Shown here in pieces: positions 57,859 through 64,000 of a stretch of DNA of 64,000 nucleotides (positions are counted from its first letter, which is position 1; every line of letters begins with the position of its first letter). Source of the DNA: an uncultured virus (IMG/VR IMGVR_UViG_3300033069_000856) (lineage: Duplodnaviria; Heunggongvirae; Uroviricota; Caudoviricetes); the IMG/VR virus record IMGVR_UViG_3300033069_000856; one strand, 5' to 3'. The position numbers and the translations under genes were made by a program. The notes under the pieces were generated by a model. It ran no database searches. It worked only from the letters and a program-made list of their open reading frames with translations, and was not told the DNA's origin.

Positions 57859-58099
57859 AGACATCTCGATTATTGGCATCATGAACTTCAAGTGCAGGCA
57901 GTTTACGGCCCCAGAATTGGCGCATGAGGACAGCATCATTTATCCTTGGGGCATTAAGATACTAACTCGTGAAGGTCTCTGCTACTTCTTTGACAAATAT
58001 GACGACCGTAAAAAGGTACGCTCGGAGGCGGGCATCACCTACAAGTCAGCCCTGCGGTGCATCCGGTGCCTGCACTTGTTGAAGAAGGTAAAGCTGTGA
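57845..58099 (+). CDS. MxTL-family protein (GTG, MQTL)
   Basis: SD ggag; 14-nt overlap. Confidence 0.7.
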   Translation: MQTLKDISIIGIMNFKCRQFTAPELAHEDSIIYPWGIKILTREGLCYFFDKYDDRKKVRSEAGITYKSALRCIRCLHLLKKVKL

Positions 58100-58368
58100 G
58101 GACTCTAGACTGTATTGGTATCGATTTCAGCTTTAACCCAGATTTCATGATGGCACAATACTATACAAGTGATTTTGGTGTGGAGGCTGGTATACATATT
58201 TACGCATCCGCGCTCTGGGTTGAGTTCTCTACTGTCCCAATTGAGATATTTGCCTTTGTTTGGAGAAAGCTAAATGCACACACTAGAACACCACTCCCAG
58301 ATCATTACCGAGACGTTCCAAGCTCAGTACATCCCGTCATTAGACGGCAGGAGGAGTTGGATCGGTGA
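58096..58368 (+). CDS. MxTL-family protein (GTG, MRTL)
   Basis: GTGA overlap. Confidence 0.65.
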   Translation: MRTLDCIGIDFSFNPDFMMAQYYTSDFGVEAGIHIYASALWVEFSTVPIEIFAFVWRKLNAHTRTPLPDHYRDVPSSVHPVIRRQEELDR

Positions 58369-58563
58369 CTACTGGGTACTCCCAGATGTGACTTAACTTA
58401 GGTACGAAGCCGAGGTAGGTATGTACTTCAAGAAGAAGGTGTTTGTACCCCCTGGTGAGTTTCATGGGTTGGAGTACAACACACTACACTCCAGGACCAA
58501 CTTTCTTAACCCAACATCCATCCCGCACTATCGTTGGGTGCATGTCTACATGGAGGCGTACAA

Positions 58564-58896
58564 ATGGTAACTCTTGACTTGACCCAGTTCCCAGAGCAGT
58601 TACCTAATATCCCAGAGCTAGAGAAGGCCCGCAAGCCGTGGGTGTTCACCAACATATGCGGTCTTTACTCTACAGACCTACTGATAGAGCTTCTTCTATA
58701 CCACTATGCCCTAGGTATGTACGTTAACCCCAATAGTAACTATGTACTGGCAGAGAGGTCGGCCAGGAGACATATGCATAGGCTTTATTTCTCTCAGTCT
58801 TACTTTACCTTCGGACAAGTGAACAAAGCCGTCTACCTGATATTCCGTATCCCTGTGCTGGAAAAGGTGGATATTGCCCTGACTGGTCTAATATAG
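58564..58896 (+). CDS. MxTL-family protein (MVTL)
   Basis: SD ggagg; KPW. Confidence 0.7.
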   Translation: MVTLDLTQFPEQLPNIPELEKARKPWVFTNICGLYSTDLLIELLLYHYALGMYVNPNSNYVLAERSARRHMHRLYFSQSYFTFGQVNKAVYLIFRIPVLEKVDIALTGLI

Positions 58897-58965
58897 GGCT
58901 AATCCAAGCCTGCATAAACCAAGCTAATTTGTTAAAATAGGGGTGACCCTATTTAAAGGAAAACT

Positions 58966-59112
58966 ATGAATACGAACATCAATCAATTTGAGAAGAATGG
59001 CGAATCTCCCCGTTGCAACTGTAAGTGCGCCTGCAGCACTCCTAAGGAGATGCTAGCTAAGAAGGCGGAGGAAGCCAAGAAGGCCGCTGGAAGTGCTTCG
59101 ACACCCAAGTAA
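58966..59112 (+). CDS. 48-aa Cys/Lys-rich peptide
   Basis: SD aagga; MNTNINQFEKNGESPRCNCKCACS...; below ORF-track size cutoff. Confidence 0.55.
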   Translation: MNTNINQFEKNGESPRCNCKCACSTPKEMLAKKAEEAKKAAGSASTPK

Positions 59113-59184
59113 AACAATCGCGATTAGCTCTAGAGCTGATTAGCGTTTGCCTAGAGCTTTAACCCCTATAACCTAAGGAATGGT

Positions 59185-59511
59185 ATGCAAACCATTGACC
59201 ACTCTACCTACACGGTAGCTGAGGTTTTATCGTTCGTGGTTTATTCTGTTCCAGCATACGCTATGGAAAGCGTAGAACACCATTATGCGTATCGTACCAA
59301 TGCTGTGCCCGAGTTTAACTTAGCCGAAGTTAGACTCCCATTCTTTGATCACCTAATGGGAACAGTACTGACATACCACATTGCATGGCGTGAATACATG
59401 CACCCATACAGGTATGTTCATTACATCAATTACCCTGCTGACAGGAGTGGGGGAGATACTAGAAGAATCACATATTTCGGGGTTGGTTTATCTCAAGGAA
59501 AGCATCGATGA
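59185..59511 (+). CDS. MxTL-family variant (MQTI)
   Basis: SD aagga. Confidence 0.65.
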   Translation: MQTIDHSTYTVAEVLSFVVYSVPAYAMESVEHHYAYRTNAVPEFNLAEVRLPFFDHLMGTVLTYHIAWREYMHPYRYVHYINYPADRSGGDTRRITYFGVGLSQGKHR

Positions 59512-59831
59512 AAACACTCGAAGGGCATACAAAGTTGATAGCTGATCTCTGGAAGAGCCTAGAGCCATGGCAGTGCTACAACCCTGCTGCTGTAAAGTAT
59601 GATAACGAGAGAATAGTTGACATTTATAGGCCTGGTGATAGCCTGTTTATAGAGCTTTCCGGGCAAATGCTATCAGTGGTATACGGGATTAGTAACAATA
59701 GTGATGTGAGTAAAGTTGGATCGTGTCACGAGGTTTGGGATACTGAGCGAGGCTGGGAGGGTGGTCACCAGATAGGTTGGAGGTTCAACAGATACTTAAC
59801 AGCGGCAGAGATGGTAAGGGACATCGTATGA
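59508..59831 (+). CDS. MxTL-family protein, group C
   Basis: ATGA; EPW...LFIELSGQM. Confidence 0.7.
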   Translation: MKTLEGHTKLIADLWKSLEPWQCYNPAAVKYDNERIVDIYRPGDSLFIELSGQMLSVVYGISNNSDVSKVGSCHEVWDTERGWEGGHQIGWRFNRYLTAAEMVRDIV

Positions 59832-60073
59832 ACACACTCAAAGACCCCAAAGACCCTGAGACAGCATTTACTTACTCAGCTAATACGCGTTGGGAACTAA
59901 ATTATTCATGCAACATCTGTGGGCATACTGACCTACCAGATAAGGACCTGTTCCAAGAGCTGCACTCTCAAATGAAAATCTACAGCGCCCACTTAAACTC
60001 AGAGGGCTGCTTAGATTTTCGTTCATCTGCAGACAATGGATACAGAACGTCTAGCCTGTGGCAATACGAATGA
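59828..60073 (+). CDS. MxTL-family protein (MNTL), group C
   Basis: ATGA; LFQELHSQM. Confidence 0.7.
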   Translation: MNTLKDPKDPETAFTYSANTRWELNYSCNICGHTDLPDKDLFQELHSQMKIYSAHLNSEGCLDFRSSADNGYRTSSLWQYE

Positions 60074-60381
60074 ACACACTTATCAGTGACTCTTCAATAG
60101 TTGATGAGTTTAAGCAAAACATACCCCCTTGGCGGGCGAATTACTCTCACACAGATATTCAAGAATTAGCTGAGTTAAGAATCAAGAATACGGATAGTCC
60201 TCTGTTCATGACATGCATAGAGATCGTGTACACCCCGTACAACCTTGGCGATGGGTACGGATATCTGGGGTTTGCCGCTTATGAGAATAATCAGCACTTC
60301 CGTCTTGTTCACTTTACGGCTTATGAATCAATAGGCAATTCAAAGAAGCCATGGGAGGTGCTACATGACGACTCTCATTGA
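60070..60381 (+). CDS. MxTL-family protein (MNTL), group C
   Basis: ATGA; PPW. Confidence 0.7.
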   Translation: MNTLISDSSIVDEFKQNIPPWRANYSHTDIQELAELRIKNTDSPLFMTCIEIVYTPYNLGDGYGYLGFAAYENNQHFRLVHFTAYESIGNSKKPWEVLHDDSH

Positions 60382-60679
60382 TCCAAAAATTTGCATACAT
60401 GAGGTGTACAGTTGTTTACCGAAGTGGGTAGAGAGTAGTAAGGTTACGCCAGTGAACTACCACATCCTTAGTTTACACTTAGACGTGCCCTTTCTACCTG
60501 CCCTGTTCAAGCAGATGCTTAGTGTGCATGAGTTCTGTAGTGGTAAGGCTAACTCCCTAGGATGGTGCCTTCATGCTTTAGCTCCTGATAGCATGACAGC
60601 AGATGCTCACTACTATATAGGTCTTATCTACAATCCTAACCTGGAGCATAAAGGTGAATGTATTTTCCCAAGACTCTGA
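60365..60679 (+). CDS. MxTL-family protein (MTTL), group C
   Basis: SD ggagg; PKW...LFKQM. Confidence 0.7.
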   Translation: MTTLIDPKICIHEVYSCLPKWVESSKVTPVNYHILSLHLDVPFLPALFKQMLSVHEFCSGKANSLGWCLHALAPDSMTADAHYYIGLIYNPNLEHKGECIFPRL

Positions 60680-60872
60680 GGTAGTTCTCGAAGAATTCGC
60701 TTCCTATATATCTCCATGGTGCTTTTACTATACAGCCGGTCAGTTCTTGCTAGAGTACTTGCACTCCGAGCTTTACCACAATCAATCGATAAGAAGCGTG
60801 GCTAAGCTGGAAAAGACTGGTGCGTTCGGAACAATAACAGCCGAATGGAGGTACCGTGAGTACTTTGGATAA
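60654..60872 (+). CDS. array protein, group C, lacking MxTL (MNVF)
   Basis: SD ggag; SPW...LEYLHSEL. Confidence 0.6.
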   Translation: MNVFSQDSEVVLEEFASYISPWCFYYTAGQFLLEYLHSELYHNQSIRSVAKLEKTGAFGTITAEWRYREYFG

Positions 60873-61128
60873 AGACAAATTCGACACTGACTTCCTTACT
60901 CCATGGTATGAGCCTTGGAGGTACAACGCAGATAAGCATTTTGCTCACAAGTTTAGCCAACTTTTCAGTGAACTAGAGGAAGAGATGATTAGATACAGGA
61001 GTGAATGCCCGCTAGGTGTTTACTTACTACTAGAACAGCCAGAAAGCGGATGGAGCATAGAACTTCGGCAATGTCACCCGATAGTCTCACGATTCGGCAA
61101 TTGGAGGCAGAATGCCCACGCTAATTGA
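60856..61128 (+). CDS. MxTL-family protein (GTG, MSTL), group C
   Basis: SD ggagg; EPW...LFSELEEEM. Confidence 0.7.
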   Translation: MSTLDKDKFDTDFLTPWYEPWRYNADKHFAHKFSQLFSELEEEMIRYRSECPLGVYLLLEQPESGWSIELRQCHPIVSRFGNWRQNAHAN

Positions 61129-61414
61129 CTGCTTCAGCAAGACCGCAGCATACTCTGTGCTTTGGGATGAGTTCTTCCAATCAATGAGCCCTTGGCAGAC
61201 AGGGCACACTACTAGAGTTCCAATTGAAGGTCTACGCAGGCCCAGGCTGTTGAACTTCTTGTGCTTCCAATTACTAGAGTATGATGCCCGCCATCCAATC
61301 CAAGGTATAGCCCTAATGTACTTTAGGGAGTCTTATTGGATAGTGAGCTACGATAAGTCTAAGTTTAAAGGGAGGGACTATGCAGACCTTGGAATTAAGC
61401 GTTACGGTCGATGA
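61112..61414 (+). CDS. MxTL-family protein (MPTL), group C
   Basis: SD ggagg; SPW. Confidence 0.7.
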   Translation: MPTLIDCFSKTAAYSVLWDEFFQSMSPWQTGHTTRVPIEGLRRPRLLNFLCFQLLEYDARHPIQGIALMYFRESYWIVSYDKSKFKGRDYADLGIKRYGR

Positions 61415-61616
61415 CCGCTTAGTGGATAGCCTGAAAGATTGGTGGGTTTGGAGGTCGATTAAACTATCGACTAGGTCCTTTGACTTAGCCTTCATCAAGT
61501 ACCTATACCATCAAATATTCGAGTACAGGATTAGGCAAGATACCGGGGATGGCGTCTATTTTTATGTGTTTGACATTAGGCCTTTCTACTTTAAAATGTG
61601 GCTGAAGAGGACATAG
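61380..61616 (+). CDS. MxTL-family protein (MQTL)
   Basis: SD ggagg. Confidence 0.7.
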   Translation: MQTLELSVTVDDRLVDSLKDWWVWRSIKLSTRSFDLAFIKYLYHQIFEYRIRQDTGDGVYFYVFDIRPFYFKMWLKRT

Positions 61617-61618
61617 CT

Positions 61619-61870
61619 ATGCAGACACTTGAGTCTTGTGATCCACCTGTGTTGATCATTAACCTAGATCCGCCTTCAGGTAAGTACGCATTCATAGCAG
61701 CAGCCCACCCAGAACTAGACTTACTATATAGGCTTGTCAGGATACTCAGTGACTGGGAGTATAAGAAGCGTAATGACTGGGTAATCTATCCGGATTTCTT
61801 CCATGCATGGTATCCAGACGTCGGGCGAGAGCTCTCTAAAGCCAGATGCTTTAAAAGGTGGCACCCATGA
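61619..61870 (+). CDS. MxTL-family protein (MQTL)
   Basis: SD gagg; ATG 61619. Confidence 0.7.
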   Translation: MQTLESCDPPVLIINLDPPSGKYAFIAAAHPELDLLYRLVRILSDWEYKKRNDWVIYPDFFHAWYPDVGRELSKARCFKRWHP

Positions 61871-62079
61871 AAACACTAAGATACCCAAGAGACTTGAAGC
61901 AGCTCGACTTCAATCTAGTCCCCAATGTAAAGTACTGGCTATCCTATCCACCCCTTTTTCGTGATTTGCTTCTACTTATGTACACGCTCTACGTTACTGC
62001 ATGGGACAGGTGTGTATTCAACCTAGCTGACATCTCTTACAACCAAGCCTCTACTGCCACTTGGAGACGACATAAATGA
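61867..62079 (+). CDS. MxTL-family protein (MKTLR)
   Basis: ATGA. Confidence 0.7.
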   Translation: MKTLRYPRDLKQLDFNLVPNVKYWLSYPPLFRDLLLLMYTLYVTAWDRCVFNLADISYNQASTATWRRHK

Positions 62080-62345
62080 ATACTCTGGACGGCAACACTA
62101 CGGTTAAGCATGACTTACTGTCTTTTGTAGTTCCTTGGAGATTAGAAAGAAAGATTGAGTGGTTTTACGATCCGCACCCTGATACGCCCTTATTAACAGA
62201 GATCTTTGAGCAAATGCACCACGCATTCCTGGAACTTACATACCCCAAGCGTTGTAGTGCTACTACCCGCAGGGCATCTATTACTACGAAGACACGTAGA
62301 GAACCGCTGTTGCACCTGCACCTCAAACAATACATGTTGGTCTAA
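62076..62345 (+). CDS. MxTL-family protein (MNTL), group C
   Basis: ATGA; VPW...IFEQM. Confidence 0.7.
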   Translation: MNTLDGNTTVKHDLLSFVVPWRLERKIEWFYDPHPDTPLLTEIFEQMHHAFLELTYPKRCSATTRRASITTKTRREPLLHLHLKQYMLV

Positions 62346-62347
62346 CC

Positions 62348-62602
62348 TTGAAAACACTAACACTGTACGAACCTATTGACCTTGACATTAAGAGATTACC
62401 CGGCCCTGCCTACATAGTAGATATGCTGCGTAGCAGGCTAGAGATATTTCAGCAATTAGCTACTGCGGCGAAGTACATTGTAGAAGCGATTGACCCATCA
62501 CGTAGGAAGTACAACTTCCACGCTTATGGCTGGGGAAGTACCGAGACAGTCTCTGGGATTTTCACTGAATACAAGGAAGTCATCTTATTCCTTAGGCACT
62601 AA
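62348..62602 (+). CDS. MxTL-family protein (TTG, MKTL)
   Basis: 2 nt after upstream stop. Confidence 0.65.
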   Translation: MKTLTLYEPIDLDIKRLPGPAYIVDMLRSRLEIFQQLATAAKYIVEAIDPSRRKYNFHAYGWGSTETVSGIFTEYKEVILFLRH

Positions 62603-62829
62603 TGAAAACACTCCAACTAGAGCTGATAGCTCCGTTCTCAAATATTGGCATAGACACTCTTTGGTACTACGCAAGTCACCGTACAGTAATAGGTAACCTA
62701 CCAACTGACTGTAAAGGGTTCATGATGTTTGGGACTGTGATATGTGATTATCTAAGCGTACACCAGCTATACGCTATCAATCTATTCACACACTCTAGCT
62801 TGCGCCTAAGGCAGAAGGTATGGGCATGA
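62602..62829 (+). CDS. MxTL-family protein (MKTLQ)
   Basis: TAATG. Confidence 0.7.
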   Translation: MKTLQLELIAPFSNIGIDTLWYYASHRTVIGNLPTDCKGFMMFGTVICDYLSVHQLYAINLFTHSSLRLRQKVWA

Positions 62830-63086
62830 ACACACTTATTACATTTGACGTACTTTCTACTGTTCAAAAACAACCAATAGAAGACTTCTATAAAGTCCTA
62901 AATGTGTGCAGGACCAGGTTCTCCGCATTTGACTACGGTATAAAACCCCACACTATGTACAACTGGTGGGGTTTTGAGTTCTCTAACACACGCGTGTACT
63001 CAATGCTGGTGTTGGAAGGTCCCAGAAAAATGGCCTTTCATTGGTGGGTGACAAGTATAATGGAGGCACGCTATGCCGACCCTTGA
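62826..63086 (+). CDS. MxTL-family protein (MNTL)
   Basis: ATGA. Confidence 0.7.
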   Translation: MNTLITFDVLSTVQKQPIEDFYKVLNVCRTRFSAFDYGIKPHTMYNWWGFEFSNTRVYSMLVLEGPRKMAFHWWVTSIMEARYADP

Positions 63087-63309
63087 GTACATTGCCGTCC
63101 AATTGATCGTGTTTGACGAGCCGCTATACAAGTTTAATCATGTATTCGATCTTTACAGAACAGGTCAAGTAGGCTGCTACTTTGACAGCTGTCCTTTGAA
63201 GCACGGTGAGTGGATATTACTTACACATGTACGCTGGCGTTCACTGTGTGTGACGTACTTACCCGAAGTAGCTTTCCAATACTCCTTAACCAGATGGTGG
63301 CTAGTCTAA
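63073..63309 (+). CDS. MxTL-family protein (MPTL)
   Basis: SD ggagg; 14-nt overlap. Confidence 0.7.
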   Translation: MPTLEYIAVQLIVFDEPLYKFNHVFDLYRTGQVGCYFDSCPLKHGEWILLTHVRWRSLCVTYLPEVAFQYSLTRWWLV

Positions 63310-63590
63310 TGCACACACTCAAATCACATGCTAATATGTTTGTCGGATTTGACACAATCTCCATTGCGCCTTGGAGCAGGGTGTACGAGCATCGCGAAAA
63401 CCCGCATACCCATAAAGGCTATTACGTTGATAATGGTAAGTTTGAGACGGAAAGAACAATCTTAGGTCGTGATTTCGTACTTCGTTACGGGTTCTGCAGC
63501 TTTAACTATGGCCCGTTTGAGCAGCTGGCGTGGTGGACTTCGCAATACACTGACTATACTGAGAATGCGCTAGGAGAGAATAGGGTATGA
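63309..63590 (+). CDS. MxTL-family protein (MHTL)
   Basis: TAATG; APW. Confidence 0.7.
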   Translation: MHTLKSHANMFVGFDTISIAPWSRVYEHRENPHTHKGYYVDNGKFETERTILGRDFVLRYGFCSFNYGPFEQLAWWTSQYTDYTENALGENRV

Positions 63591-63847
63591 AAACACTCAA
63601 GTCCGGGATACAAAAGTTAACCCCGCCATCTATGAGCTCCATGACACGTAATAACCTTGTTGCGGTTGATTACTTAAAAAGCAAGTGCAGCTTGTTACAG
63701 AACTTAGCTGCATTGTGCTGGGAGCTTGACGCCCAAGGAGTAATGGAGGCATTTGCTTACCCAAGTAATAGGCCCCGTATCTGCGAGGTAATATGGATAG
63801 GATTTGATAATGACTCATACCACAGATTGTCAAGGCTCGCACAATGA
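63587..63847 (+). CDS. MxTL-family protein (MKTLK)
   Basis: ATGA. Confidence 0.7.
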   Translation: MKTLKSGIQKLTPPSMSSMTRNNLVAVDYLKSKCSLLQNLAALCWELDAQGVMEAFAYPSNRPRICEVIWIGFDNDSYHRLSRLAQ

Positions 63848-64000
63848 ACACGCTCAACCCCAGTACTTCAATCGAGCTGATTGGTTTTGATGCTGCTCTA
63901 GATATCAGCTATATCTTAATTCAGTCCCTAGAGTTCACCGAGGCTTGGAACACATTTAGGATGTATTACACCAATAGGCCTCACTTGAGGATTGGCTATC
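63844..64000 (+). CDS. MxTL-family protein (MNTL), runs off the window end
   Basis: ATGA overlap; open to the window edge. Confidence 0.6.
   Translation, partial: MNTLNPSTSIELIGFDAALDISYILIQSLEFTEAWNTFRMYYTNRPHLRIGY

Noticed and set aside
50838..64000. MxTL array as integron cassettes or diversity-generating retroelement targets
   Set aside because: No intergenic space for attC sites, no integrase or reverse transcriptase, and no near-identical TR/VR pair seen
50838..64000. Short ORFs as fragments of long genes under stop-codon reassignment
   Set aside because: Successive ORFs mostly change frame, have their own SD and tagged start, and end in different stop codons; core genes are intact in the standard code

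Overview
This 64 kb window is a gene-dense segment of a large dsDNA bacteriophage genome; no tRNA, rRNA, CRISPR array or recognisable capsid/terminase gene was found. The host is unknown, with one weak hint of Planctomycetota. Bases 1-39800 carry replication, recombination and nucleotide-metabolism genes: a UDG-fused family A DNA polymerase split by a group I intron encoding an HNH homing endonuclease, a RecA-like ATPase, ThyX, RNase H, two helicases, RuvC, a class II ribonucleotide reductase with a LAGLIDADG intein, dUTPase, a dATP/dGTP diphosphohydrolase-like protein and a deaminase. Minus-strand cassettes are interspersed, each preceded by a conserved 36-nt promoter-like motif and usually closed by an intrinsic terminator. 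Two things stand out. (1) About 50 small, highly divergent, translationally coupled ORFs in three clusters (5739-6982, 42575-45502, 50838-64000+) almost all begin M-x-T-L. The Thr and Leu codons vary synonymously, pointing to a peptide-level N-terminal tag reminiscent of the T4 internal-protein capsid-targeting sequence. (2) A roughly 450-nt, multi-stem, apparently non-coding region (39851-40297) starts directly behind the only plus-strand copy of the promoter motif and leads into the long plus-strand gene run containing two of the MxTL clusters. All family assignments come from motif recognition by eye; no searches were run.
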